A stretch of 63,337 bases of DNA, filler included, from Octopus bimaculoides (Eukaryota): assembly GCF_001194135.2 (NCBI RefSeq). It is 4 parts of 4 records of this genome, joined end to end, with 100 filler letters (N's around TTAATTAATTAA, not from the genome) between each part and the next. Parts side by side here need not be neighbours in the genome. Positions count along the whole stretch, not along the records: positions 1 to 27,504 come from NC_068981.1; positions 27,605 to 58,984 come from NC_068983.1; 2 more parts are not named here. The stretch is one strand, 5' to 3'. The notes beneath the pieces were generated by a model that saw only the letters and a program-made list of their open reading frames with translations, ran no database searches and was not told where the DNA came from. Both the position numbers and the translations under genes were made by a program. Positions 25,292 to 38,504 of the stretch are shown here, piece by piece (position 1 is the stretch's first letter; each line of letters starts with the position of its first letter).

Positions 25292-25682
25292 GGCACAGGA
25301 GTGGCTGTGTGGTAAGAAGCTTGCTTCCCAACCACATAGTTCCAAGTTCAGTCCCACTGAATGGCACTTCGGACAAGAGTCTTCTACTATAGCTTCAAGC
25401 TGACCAAAGCCTTGAGTGGATTTGGTAGACAGAAACTGAAAGAAGCCTGCCATATGTGTGTGTGTGTGTGTGTTTGTGTACTGGTGTTTGTCCCCTCCAC
25501 CATTGCTTGACAACCGGTGTTGGTGCGTTTACGTTCCTGTAACTTAGTGGTTTGGCCAAAGAGACTGATAGAATAAGTACTAGGCTTACATAGAATAAGT
25601 TGTGGGGGCGATTTGTTTGACTAAAGGTGGTGCTCCGGCATGGCCACTGTCAAATGACTGAAACAAGTAAAAGAATAAAAAA
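25292..25682 (+). mobile_element. SINE family A, near full length
   Basis: ggcacaggagtggctgtgtggtaag head through gtcaaatgactgaaacaagtaaaag tail. Confidence 0.85.
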
Positions 25683-28600
25683 ATAATACATTTGAAAGTG
25701 CTTGTGTAAATTGTGTTTGCATGTTTGTATGTGTGTGCATGTGAGTGCGCATATGCGTGTATGTGCATCTATCTACCTGTCTAGCCTATTGCAACTGAAT
25801 TTCTATCTTATTACTTAAATTTCAATAAGCTATTTACTTTCCAGCATGTATTAAGCATTTCTTCTTCATTCTTACAACACAATTTGTATGTATGTATGTA
25901 AGGATGGATGTAGGTATGTACTAACATTAGAGACTAACATCTTCATTGATGTCTGTTTGACTTTCCAGTGATTCATGTACAGAAGCAAAGAAACAGAGAT
26001 TGAAATACAAGCTCTATAGTGTAACTTCAAACCAGATAACATAAATGAATTAATTTGAATAATTTTCAAAACACTAAACTGTTTAATATCAAATCTATCA
26101 TATGTAAAATTGATGGGTTAATTGCATGTGCAAATAAAATCAATTTTGTCTAATTACATGTATTTGTTCCAAATGTTAGTAAAAACAAAATCTAAAGATA
26201 AAAAAGAAAAATAGAAATGTAACATAAAACTGGACATTTGATTCAAATCTGTGAATTTCCATTTCATGGTCAGTTAAAATGAGAGAAGTCAGAAATTTAT
26301 GATAAACAACTGATGCCAAAATTGTCATATGTATTCACATTTCTCTTACTGTTTCAATGAATCAACATTCAAATTCTGATCTAATTTCACTTAATTTTAT
26401 TTGTGAACTATATTCCTTAATGAAATAAATCAATCTCCATTGTAATTGGAAACTACAAAAAAGATAGTTGCGGATCAAGTAGTGAATAGATGGTATTATC
26501 TTGTTTCAGTTAATGACTACATTAGCGTGTGATTGACCCAATTAAATTAAGCCTTTGTTGTTATTTTCATGTGACTCAAAATGTGTAAAAGTTATGGACA
26601 TTATTGATGAATGTTGCTGATCTTGGGTAATTCAAGAAAACTAAAATGAACTGAAAAATCCCATATGCGATTAAGTTTGTTATACCAATAATTCTAAATA
26701 AAAACATAACCAGTTTTACTAAGCCTCATTAGAAGCGTACTCAGATGAGCCTTTGCAAATGTTTTCTTGTCTGATGCAAAAATAGCCATGTTGTTAGAAT
26801 ATAAATAAACCTATTTGCAAAATAATCTAAATCGATGCAAACTGGTGTGAATATAAAACAATAGTGTCAATACAGAGAAAATCCTTTTATCATGTCCATA
26901 CATGAGTAAGATAATGCAATACTTTATTTTACTGAGGTATATCAAAATCTCGAAATTTTGTCACCTACTCAGCAGATTCTATTTGTTGCATACTTCAATT
27001 AAGTGTATAATAATTTCTGTTATTGAGGCTATGCAATTACATGGAATGGATTGACATCTAGATAAGAAAACATTCACATTCATATACAAACAGAAGCTGA
27101 AAGACAAGTGTTTAGAAATTGAAACAACACATAATAATAATACAAACATACCTAGTTACATGTAACTAGGCTGACATACAGACATATATGCACTAACATG
27201 GGAGATGAGAGGCTATCTTACAAAAAATATACCGAGACATATACACAGCTCTACAAACTTAATAACTTGCACACACATTCACAGACATGACCATACAAAC
27301 ATATAAACACACATAAACACACACACACATGCATATGTAGTTATGCTTCAAGAAACATGCAATTGCGTGTGTATAATCACATACACACACAAAGCAGAGA
27401 GTATGACACACAGAAACATGAAACATAGATACACACACACATATATATACACACACTTGCACTGCTCAGTATTCAACAGAGTATTTAGTATGTGATTATT
27501 CTTCNNNNNNNNNNNNNNNNNNNNNNNNNNNNNNNNNNNNNNNNNNNNTTAATTAATTAANNNNNNNNNNNNNNNNNNNNNNNNNNNNNNNNNNNNNNNN
27601 NNNNTTTATTTTATTTTATTTTATATTATATATTGTATATTATATTATATATTGTATATTCCATATTCTATACCCCACATTGGTTCTGCAGGAATATAAA
27701 TAAAACATAAAAAACAGACGGTGTTGGAACTCTTTTAAACAAAATAATATATTCCTCTATACACAATCATACAAAAAAACCCACCTTTTTTGTATTTATT
27801 TTTACTCGCATATATATATATGTGTGTGTGTGTGTTTGTGTTTGTCCCCCCATCATCGCTTGAGGACGAATGCTGGTGTGTTTACGTCCCCGTAACTTAG
27901 CGGTTCAGCAAAAGAGACTGATAGAGTAAGTACTAGGCTTACAAAGAATAAGTCCTGGGTCAATTTACTCGACTAAAGGTGGTGCTCCAGCATGGCTGCA
28001 GTCAAATGACTGAAAGAAGTAAATGAGTATATATGGATATAAAACAGTTGCTCCCGCAAAACAAATTAGATAAAATTTGGGATTTTGCGGAGAGTTAAAA
28101 TTGGTAACACAAACAGGACAGTGAAAACAAACAGGAAGGGCTGCTAAGCCCAAATGAGGTTTTGGTGGCAAACGTGTTAATCAAGCTAGGACAGGAGGCA
28201 AACATGAACATGTCTTCCTTGTTCCAGCTACAACGGAGAGGGAAAAAGAAAGATGACCGTTGGTCACATGGGAGCCACGAGAGCAAGGGAGGAAGAGTGA
28301 GGAAGAGAGAGTGACAGAGTGATAGGATAGAATAGTGGGAGAAGAGGAGGTAAAAGAATAAGAGACAGAAAAAGAGAGAAAAAGCAAGAGTATATAGCTG
28401 TGATCTTAAAGAAAAGGAATAAAGGAAAATAGAGGTATTCTTCACAATATTCTTTATTCTTATATTATTTGAACTACTTTCAATCACTAGAATATGTCTA
28501 TGCTATCATTTTCAACAGTTTTAGTCTATGATATTGACACTAGTACTTTATTTGGAGCTTGTTTTATTGAGCTTGAGTTTAGGTAAGGCTTACCCTCAAA

Positions 28601-28718
28601 TTCCCATATATACCAGGGTAGAAAAAGATATATCATCAAGTATCATAAGGCATTTTTGTATGATGCTCTACTGATTCTGCCATCCCTCTCTGATATGCAC
28701 ATACATTATATATATGTA

Positions 28719-28757
<39 letters not shown>

Positions 28758-29057
28758 TTGATGGGCTTCTGCACATTTTCTGTTTACTAAATTTCACTGA
28801 CAAAGCTTTAGTCAACTTGAAGCTTTAGCACAAGACACTACCCTGAGATACTACACAGTGGGATAGAACCCTGAATTATAAGGTTCTGCATGCCTGAATC
28901 CATAGAGGGCTAGAAATTTATATGATTAAATGTTTCCACCTTTTAAAATAGGAAACTGTAAATCTTCTTTCATAATTTCTTTCTCCCTTAGACAATTATG
29001 ACACATTGATTTTAATACTAAAGTGGATGCAATGAGAAGCTTAGTAGAAATACTTAC

Positions 29058-29128
29058 CTGTGTTATGAACTGTGAAGTCAATATGTAATGCTGATTCTTC
29101 AAGACGAATAGTGTAGACCAATTTGAAC
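29058..29128 (-). CDS. Next exon of the same gene ([M]FKLVYTIRLEESALHIDFTVHNT[G/D])
   Basis: Acceptor ctttttttctag|G and donor G|gtaagt; 71 nt. AT|G completes Met in frame; the peptide fits the F.L.YT..L.E..L......V.NTG segment. Confidence 0.9.
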
Positions 29129-29962
29129 CTAGAAAAAAAGTAATAGAAAGAGGATTGCTGTTGATCAAGTTTGAACTAGAGTATATTAATAATTATACAT
29201 ATAGTGGGAAGATGACTCCTGCTGGTATTTGAATCAAGAAATTTACCGTAGTTGATGGCATATAAGATGAACTCTTTCCCTCCTCCCCAAAAAGTCTCAT
29301 AAAAATGAACTCAGGTACTACAAGCAAAATTGCTTTAAATATTATGTGCTTTAATGTATAGAAAACTTTTTCCTGAATATGTGCTACTGAAATTGGTGTG
29401 TGCTTCATATACTCATGTGTCTTTTATGTCATCGAATATGGTAACTGCTAAATCTATTTTGTAAAAAACACAAATAAAGACTAATTCCTCACTATCATCA
29501 TCATCAGCATCAATGTTTTAATGTGCATTTTTCCGACTTGTCGTGGTTTGGATGGTATTTTTCATACAGTCTTATGCTACTCTGCATCTTTTCTCCACAT
29601 CTTCCCTAGTCTTCATCATTTATTATCAGCTTCTGTCATCTTAAGCTTAATCCATCACCTGGTTTCATGCCATTACTTAACCATTGAATATATTTAGTGG
29701 AACCTGCTCTGTTGAAAGAATTGGACTAGATCACTGGTCTGGATCATGGCTGTTGCTTTTCATTGTCCATAAAAGAAGTAACTTCATGGTGAACTGATGC
29801 TAAAACCTAGATTTTTCTTTTTGCTCAAATGATTTCCTTTCCTTATGTCCCAAATGCTATAAGGAAAGACATGAATATCATAACACCTTTTGATCCTAAC
29901 TTGAAATATGTGGCTTTTTGCCTAATCAGTATCAAAATTTTTGTAATGATAGATATGCCCAC

Positions 29963-30050
29963 GGGTATATGGCATAGTGGTTAAGAGTGTGGGCTACTAA
30001 CCCCAAGATTCTGAGTTTGATTCCAGGCAGTGACCTGAATAATAATAATA

Positions 30051-30138
<88 letters not shown>

Positions 30139-30312
30139 CATCGAAAAATACCTTAGGAATGAGAACCCAGGTTTGAAATTTCCCCATGACACCTGATGAA
30201 GGCTGGAGAGTATATCAGCCGAAACGTGTTAACAACAAACAAGATGAGGACAAATATCCATCAAATGTAAATAATGTACATAATTCCTCATCTCTTAAAA
30301 TCTAGAACTGTA
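29963..30312 (+). mobile_element. tRNA-headed SINE-like element with hammerhead (family E, copy 2)
   Basis: ggcatagtggttaagagtgtgggctactaacccc head, expanded (AAT)(GAT)n(AAT)n linker, ACAC-CTGATGA-AGGCTG..CAGCC-GAAACGTGTT at 30189-30230 (3-nt deletion), tail cataattcctcatctc..gaactgta. Confidence 0.82.
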
Positions 30313-31410
30313 TTATAGTTTTATTCAACAAAATGGAATAGCAGCTGCAATGATATTAATTTTAATTTATTGCCATGATAATTGTTAAGTACCATATTTA
30401 CTCATGTGTAATATACCTCACTTTTAATAATGAACAAAAAACTTTTCTTTGTTTTGTAATATGACATATGGGGAAAAAGTATTGAGTCAGGTATATCATA
30501 ATTGCTGCAGAAGCTAAATTGATAAAAGCTCACATGTCTTAAATGAAACAAAAAGTAAATTCAAAAATGACCTTTGAACTTTACTGATGTAAGTCATAAA
30601 CATGCAACTGCTGTAAAGTCATATCTGTGCAAATGACCTGATTATGCTTTCAAGAAAATCAATTTGATTTTGATAATGATAGTGTAACAAAATAAGTATG
30701 TACTCAATATTACTGTTCACTTTATACAGTAATTCACACATAGTTGTGTTGTCACAGGAAAACAAAATATCATTGGAATACAGTTTGTTTTCTTTAAACT
30801 ACTCACTTTATAATATACTTTTAAAACTGGAATGCAGATTTCCATGTTTTCAATATCAGACATTCAGGATCTCACAAAAATTTGTTTTTATGTATTTTTT
30901 CTCTTTTACAAAACAAAAAATTTTTTTTTCAGAATCAAAATCTTAATTGGAACAGTTTTTAATTCTTTCAGAGAGTTAAAAAGAACAACAACAAAGCTTT
31001 AAATCCCTATCTCCAGTGTTTGCATGTAGTTTTGTGGGACATAAATTGTGTTGACACTATAGGCAGATAGCATTTATTTATAGTATGGATTTTGGACAAA
31101 AACCAAGAACTGTTTCATTTTAATCACAGAGGAAGGAACATAACACTATTATGGTGGTATTAACTTTTTGATACACATCAGTTAGCTTGAATAAAACATA
31201 TAACTTATTTCCATTAGTACTATACACTTGGGACAGGAGAAAAATGAATAATATTTAATTCTCATGCACCTTAATGTGCACCTTAATTCTTATATTTATA
31301 AATCTGATAAAAAGTGTGTATTGTATATGAATAAATATGGTAGCTTCATTCCAAATACAAACTAAAACAGTTCAGACATAATTGATAGCGATATTTCCAA
31401 AGAAAGAGGA

Positions 31411-31448
<38 letters not shown>

Positions 31449-31533
31449 NNNNNNNNNNNNNNNNNNNNNNNNNNNNNNNNNNNNNNNNNNNNNNNNNNNN
31501 NNNNNNNNNNNNNNNNNNNNNNNNNNNNNNNNN

Positions 31534-31600
<67 letters not shown>

Positions 31601-31608
31601 TGACTTAC

Positions 31609-31682
31609 ATTATATTCCACATTGCCCTTGATAAATCATTATCTTCCAAACTAAGAGCAGCAAATACATTTCCATTTTTATC
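31609..31682 (-). CDS. Next exon of the same gene (DKNGNVFAALSLEDNDLSRAMWNI[M])
   Basis: Acceptor ctatcatttag|GAT and donor AT|gtaagt; 74 nt. Phase 0 start matches the previous exon; the peptide fits the GDV.A.FSL.D...TR.MWN segment of the family. Confidence 0.9.
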
Positions 31683-32635
31683 CTAAATGATAGAATAAAA
31701 CAGGAAAATTTTCACTCAGAATTTTACTGATGTAACGATCTAAAAATATTAAGTAAAATCCATCTTTAAATATTTATCTTCAATTTTCATTTTCAGGTTA
31801 ATAAATGTGTCACCCTTAGCTCAATGTTTGACATTTATTGATTTGGATAGCATTAAGGAAAGGGAACTTCCAGCTGTAAGAATTATGTGCTTCAAGCATT
31901 CATATTTTATGCTGTGATGGTAAAATTAATGAAATCAAAAAAACAAACTAAAAAAAAAGTTTCCAATGAATTCAATTTGTGACCTGGTTTTGATAAATAG
32001 TCATAGCTATTTCACTTAAATCATGTCACAAAACACCCCACAGGAAAACACAAATATCACAATTGTTAGTCATCCTAAAAGGCATTGTGATAGAAATTTT
32101 GAGAAATATGCTTAGAAAACTTTGCACCTACACTAAATGAATTTACAGATATTTCTTTTCTTGCAATAATATATAAGAATTTTGATGACATTAAAAATTA
32201 ATGCAACAGTAAATGTTTTCTGAATTAGAAACCAGCTGAAATTTGTCAAATGAATATAGTTAGTAACAACTCTTAATGTTCTGAAACAAACCATAAAGCA
32301 ATTGCAATACATTATAAAATCATTCACGTTGTCACCTGCATATGGAAAACACATATATAAGATGTACCTTTGGATGTTATAGTCTACTGAAATGAATTGA
32401 TAAGCCCACATATAACATCCAAAGATACATTTTTTTTTACCTCTGATGAAATTATACTCATGTCATATAAATGTAAATTTAATGTACAAATTTGTAATTA
32501 AATTACTGAGTTTTAATTGAAACAGCTGTAAGAAGCAAAGATGACCTATTTGTTGTTAATAATAAACAATTATTAACTTTCTAATCTCCATTTTCTTTTC
32601 TTCTTTTAAATGGATATAAACTATATGCTTTATAT

Positions 32636-35600
32636 AGAGACTTATTACTCGAAGCCTTTGACGAAATAGAGGGGGATGTAGCTTCACACAATGTAGAGGA
32701 CAACTGAACGTTTCTACGGGACAACCTGCTGAGGGCCACCGACCAGATCTGTGGCTGGTGCAAGGTCCCCTCTCGACCGAAAATAACGTGGTGGTGGAAC
32801 AATGTTGTTGACAGGCCCATTAGAAAAAAGAAACAGGCTTGGAAAGACTGGAAAAACGGTGGTAGCAGGGAACTGTATCAGACTGCCAGAAGGGAAGCTA
32901 GGCGACAGGTTTATTTAGCCAGAGGGGAAGCAGAGAAGAAAAAGTTTGCCAATGTTCAGCGCTGTGAGGACCAAAGACTCGAGGTATTTCGTGTGGCAAG
33001 ACAGTGTGTGAGAGAGAACCATGATGTCATGGGAGAGAAATGTGTCCGCATGGATGATGGTACGCTTGCACTAAACGAGGCTGTGAAGAAAGAGGTTTGG
33101 AGACGCCACTACGAAAGATTGCTCAATAAAGCGAATGAATGGGAGAAAGAGAGTCTGCCGAATGTCGACCAAACAGAGGGACCAGCTATCCGAGTTGACA
33201 GTACCATGGTAGATAAAGCAATTAAGAGTATGAAGACAGGGAAGGCCCCCGGCCCATCAGGAATGACTGCAGAGATGCTCAAAATATCTGGCAGTGTCAG
33301 CTATAGCCTAGTCACCCGTATTGTTAACCAGGTGATACACGAAGGAGTCATACCCAATGACTGGTGTAGCAGCACCATAGTCAACTGCTACAAAGGTAAA
33401 GGTGATGCTTTAGATACAAATAATTACAGAGGTATCAAGCTTTTAGATCAGGTAATGAAAGTCNNNNNNNNNNNNNNNNNNNNNNNNNNNNNNNNNNNNN
33501 NNNNNNNNNNNNNNNNNNNNNNNNNNNNNNNNNNNNNNNNNNNNNNNNNNNNNNNNNNNNNNNNNNNNNNNNNNNNNNNNNNNNNNNNNNNNNNNNNNNN
33601 NNNNNNNNNNNNNNNNNNNNNNNNNNNNNNNNNNNNNNNNNNNNNNNNNNNNNNNNNNNNNNNNNNNNNNNNNNNNNNNNNNNNNNNNNNNNNNNNNNNN
33701 NNNNNNNNNNNNNNNNNNNNNNNNNNNNNNNNNNNNNNNNNNNNNNNNNNNNNNNNNNNNNNNNNNNNNNNNNNNNNNNNNNNNNNNNNNNNNNNNNNNN
33801 NNNNNNNNNNNNNNNNNNNNNNNNNNNNNNNNNNNNNNNNNNNNNNNNNNNNNNNNNNNNNNNNNNNNNNNNNNNNNNNNNNNNNNNNNNNNNNNNNNNN
33901 NNNNNNNNNNNNNNNNNNNNNNNNNNNNNNNNNNNNNNNNNNNNNNNNNNNNNNNNNNNNNNNNNNNNNNNNNNNNNNNNNNNNNNNNNNNNNNNNNNNN
34001 NNNNNNNNNNGTGCGAGCCATGTACAGAGACGCTGTCAGTAAGGTGAGGGTTGGCAATGAGTACAGTGAAGAATTCCAGGTGGAGGTAGGGGTCCATGAA
34101 GGTTCTGTCCTCAGCCCCCTCCTATTTATCATAGTCCTCCAGGCTATAACAGAGGAATTCAAGACAGGATGATCCTGGGAGCTCCTCTATGCTGATGACC
34201 TTGCACTAATTGCTGAGTCACTATCAGAACTAGAGGAGAAGTTTCAGGTGTGGAAGCAAGGACTAGAATCGAAGGGCCTTAGAGTCAACCTAGCTAAAAC
34301 CAAAGTCCTAATAAGAAGGCAGACAAAACACAAACCCCTTCGGGTAGATGACCCTGCTCGAACTGTAGAAAAGGCTTGGGTAGAAACTCTATAAGATGCA
34401 CCCAGTGCAAGCTATGGACACATAAGAGGTGCAGTAATATCAAAGGAAGGTTAACTAGGAAGTTAGTTTTCGTTTGTAGCAGATGTTCAGGAGCTGTAAA
34501 CACTATGAATGTGCAGAAAACAACTTCTATCACATTCCAGGAAGAAAAACTAGAAGTGGTTGATAGCTTCCACTATCTTGGTGACCAAATTAGTAGTGGG
34601 GGTGGGTGCGCTGAAAGCATAGCTGCTAGAATAAGAATAGCCTGGGCAAAGTTCAGAGAGCTCTTACCTCTGCTGGTGACAAAGGGTCTCTCTCTCAGAG
34701 TAAAAGGCAGACTGTATGACGCATGTGTACGTACAGCCATGCTTCATGGCAGTGAAACATGGGCCGTGACTGCTGAGGACATGCATAGGCTCACAAGGAA
34801 TGAAGCCAGTATGCTCCGATGGATGTGTAATGTCAGTGTGCATACTCGACAGAGTGTAAGTACCTTGAGAGAAAAGTTAGACTTAAGAAGCATCAGTTGT
34901 GGTGTGCAAGAAAGACGATTGCGCTGGTCTGGTAATGTAGCGAGAATGGNNNNNNNNNNNNNNNNNNNNNNNNNNNNNNNNNNNNNNNNNNNNNNNNNNN
35001 NNNNNNNNNNNNNNNNNNNNNNNNNNNNNNNNNNNNNNNNNNNNNNNNNNNNNNNNNNNNNNNNNNNNNNNNNNNNNNNNNNNNNNNNNNNNNNNNNNNN
35101 NNNNNNNNNNNNNNNNNNNNNNNNNNNNNNNNNNNNNNNNNNNNNNNNNNNNNNNNNNNNNNNNNNNNNNNNNNNNNNNNNNNNNNNNNNNNNNNNNNNN
35201 NNNNNNNNNNNNNNNNNNNNNNNNNNNNNNNNNNNNNNNNNNNNNNNNNNNNNNNNNNNNNNNNNNNNNNNNNNNNNNNNNNNNNNNNNNNNNNNNNNNN
35301 NNNNNNNNNNNNNNNNNNNNNNNNNNNNNNNNNNNNNNNNNNNNNNNNNNNNNNNNNNNNNNNNNNNNNNNNNNNNNNNNNNNNNNNNNNNNNNNNNNNN
35401 NNNNNNNNNNNNNNNNNNNNNNNNNNNNNNNNNNNNNNNNNNNNNNNNNNNNNNNNNNNNNNNNNNNNNNNNNNNNNNNNNNNNNNNNNNNNNNNNNNNN
35501 NNCTTCCTGGCACTTGTGCCGGATGGCATGTGTAAAGACATTCGAGCGAGATCGTTGCCAGTGCCGCCAAACTGGTTCCTGTGCAGGTGGCATGTAAAAT

Positions 35601-35845
35601 ACACCATTTTGAGTGTGGTCGTTGCCAGTACCACTTGACTGGCCTTCATGCCGGTGGCACGTAAAAGCACCTACTACACTCTCGGAGTGATTGGCGTTAG
35701 GAAGGGCATCCAGCTGTAGAAACTCAGCCAAATCAGATTGGAGCCTGGTGTAGCCATCTGGTTTCACCAGTCCTCAGTCAAATCGTCCAACCCATGCCAG
35801 CATGGAAAGTGGACGTTAAACGACGACGATGATGATGATGATACC
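32636..35845 (+). mobile_element. 5'-truncated RTE-clade LINE with two N gaps
   Basis: KAIKSMKTGKAPGPSG, NNYRGIKLLDQVMKV, LLYADDL, RIAWAKFRELLP, 3' UTR and (GAT)n tail. Confidence 0.93.
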
Positions 35846-35951
35846 TATTATTTTAAGAGAATTTCATTTCCCCCAAAATACTAGGTATTGAATCAGTATT
35901 TCCTTGGATGCAACCATTCCGTCATGAGGTTAACATACCCTCTAATTAAAT

Positions 35952-35984
<33 letters not shown>

Positions 35985-36499
35985 CGTTTAACGTCCGCTT
36001 TCCATGCTAGCATACTGCTACTACTACCAAGGCTACAGTTTGATAATTTCCTCTTCATACAGATTAGCAAGTAATAAGCAAGCAAACAGAAAATACTTTT
36101 ACAAAGACATTAAATGCCCAACATAGACGAGTTTTAAAGAGAAAATAAATGCAGCAGCTTATCTAATTAGGTAACCTAATCTGGTATAATCTACAAAGGT
36201 TGAATGTTATCAAATGAGGAAACTGTACTTGAACTTTCTAAAATGAAGAAGAAAGCTATCTCACTGATCATATTTATGGCACTGCTGGATATGGTAATAG
36301 TGAGAGTCTAGCTCGGTTAAGAAAGAGGAAAGGATAGAAGGCTAATTAGTGAGCAGTTACCTCTATTCATAAAAAAGTATTTCTATCTCTAAGGAAAAAG
36401 GAAGACAAAATGAAGCATGTGTTAAGAAACTGATGATGCTATTTAGTAATACTGAATGTGGAAGATCTGAAGAGAGTGTAGAGAAATGAGATAGATATT

Positions 36500-36712
36500 C
36501 TTTTCTACTCTAGGCATAAAGCCCAAAATTTTTGGGGAAGGGGCCAGTCGATTAGATTGGCCTCAGTAAGCAACTGGTACTTAATTTATCAACCCTGAAA
36601 GGATGAAAGGCAAAGTCGACCTTGGTGGAATTTCAACTCAGAACATAAAGACATACAAAATACCGCTAAGCATTTCACCTGGCATGCTAATGTTTCTGTG
36701 AGCTCGCCACCT
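36500..36712 (-). mobile_element. SINE family B copy
   Basis: Reverse complement of the 3335-3560 family. Confidence 0.75.
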
Positions 36713-36715
36713 TAA

Positions 36716-36935
36716 CCCTTTAGCATTCAGATTACTCTGTCAAATGTAAAGCCTGCTTAATTACATTGTTTTAAGTTAATTGTACAGCATCTTGTAACTC
36801 TGAGATTTTGATGATGTCCCTGTTTATTTTTAGAATGACTTTGTAGGGTAGGTGTGAGAGGTCAGAGCTGGCTGGTTTGAGCATAAAACTGGAAGACAAT
36901 TTTGGCCTGATATGGCCGGTTTAAACACTAAAGGG
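36716..36935. mobile_element. piggyBac-type MITE (220 bp)
   Basis: TTAA|CCCTTTAG ... CTAAAGGG|TTAA: TTAA target duplication plus TIRs; a related reverse-strand fragment lies at ~24862-25010. Confidence 0.8.
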
Positions 36936-37289
36936 TTAAATGAGATAAATATTATCCATTGGATTAGTAACATTAACATACACAGTGGTCAGAAGTACAA
37001 GCAGACTGAGGGAGCATTTGAGCATTAACAATGTTAGCTGATATATGTAGTTGAACATGAAAAGTGAATAGATGAATAGATGAAGAATGCTAGATAAAAG
37101 AAAAAAAAAGAAAAAGTGTGGTGTTATGACAGTGAGAGGTGATTATCACAGAGGAAGACTGAGAAATACATAACAAGAATCATCAGATTCAGATGATAAT
37201 GCAGGACTGAAATGCATTAGAATCATTCAAGTAATGTTAGCACGGAAAACCATTACAATAGCACTGCTGCTGCTGATCTCAAAAGTAAC

Positions 37290-38170
37290 TCAGACAAAGA
37301 ATTACTGAAGTAACTCCAAATGGGGGGTGGGGGTGGGGGGCTAGAATCAAAAAGCTAACTAAAACTTTTATCTTTGCTAGAGTAAACCCAGCGAAGATAA
37401 ACTGTCATCTGGAAAGTGGCCATGCTTGATGTACAGAAAAGAAAGTAGGAATGATATCATAGTGTACCCAATGTAAATTATGGGTCAACAGGAAATGCAG
37501 AGGGATCACATATAAGTTGGCAGAGAGGAACTTCATATGTTGTTGGTGTGCAGGAGTATTTAGAAGTAAGAAAACTCATAAAATAAATTGCTTCATTATC
37601 AGAGGTGTCCCCAGAAGTTGTTAACAGCTTTCGTTACCAAAGTGATCAAATTAGTAAAGGAAGGAGTGTATTTCAAATGCATTGTAGCCAGAGTTAGAAT
37701 GGACAGAAAATGCTCAGGGAGCTGTTATCTCTGTTGGAAACAAAGGGATTCTTTCCAAGCAAAAGGTAATATGTATGATGCATGCATATAAAGTGTGATG
37801 CTGCATGATAGTGAAACAGGCATTGGATGTAGAAGATATATGAAAGTTGGATAGAAGAGAGGCATGCATGCTTTGCCGGGTGTGTAATGTTAGGGTGCAA
37901 GAATGACAGAGCACAAATGAGCTGAGATAAAATCTGGGAATATAAAGAATCATATGTGGTATGCCACAGAGAAAAGTGAGCTTCTATGGACATATGATAT
38001 ATTGATAGGAGGAAAATTGGGCAAAAAAAATGCACATGATATAAGAAGGAAACTGGAAAAGAAAAGAACTAAGGAAGACATAGGAAAAAGTATTGAAGGC
38101 TGATTTCAAGAAACTGAAACTCATTAAAGAAATGACAAATTATTACAATAAGTGGTAAGGTGCTGGAGAC
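37290..38170 (+). mobile_element. Old, heavily decayed RTE LINE 3' fragment
   Basis: SGKWPCL..; gccagagttagaatgg..; KGNMYDACI; tgatagtgaaacagg, all homologous to the younger RTE copies. Confidence 0.7.
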
Positions 38171-38504
38171 ACAAATAAAGTGATAATGATGATGATATCT
38201 AATTTTGCATTCTAATTATATACTTGTTTAATTCAAAAATACTAAAATTACATATTTAATATAAAAATATTACAATTAGTTATAATTTTGGAATCCTAAA
38301 ATAAATACCAAGGGGGTGAGTATATTAATATTAAAATGGGGGACGATGAGACTGTGTGATGTTTATGCTTTTCTCAAGATCATTAGATACTTAGAGTAAC
38401 TGAAATGGCTACCCTGACCTTTGGCTTGTGGTACTTGTCAAAATAAGATGAAAATAAATCATATCTTGGCTCTTAGGAGAATTTAGCAGATAATGGATGA
38501 ATCT

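Noticed and set aside
27549-27560. TTAATTAATTAA island between two N runs (also 59029-59040 and 60868-60879)
   Set aside because: The same 12-mer sits centred in ~100-bp N spacers and has stops in all six frames: an artificial scaffold linker, not biology.
28135-28180. Possible hammerhead relic (ctgctaagccc..ggcaaacgtg)
   Set aside because: Too many core mismatches to support.
31797-31875. Plus-strand open exon-like segment LINVSPLAQCLTFIDLDSIKERELPA
   Set aside because: No recognisable homology or partner exons; it lies antisense in the host intron.
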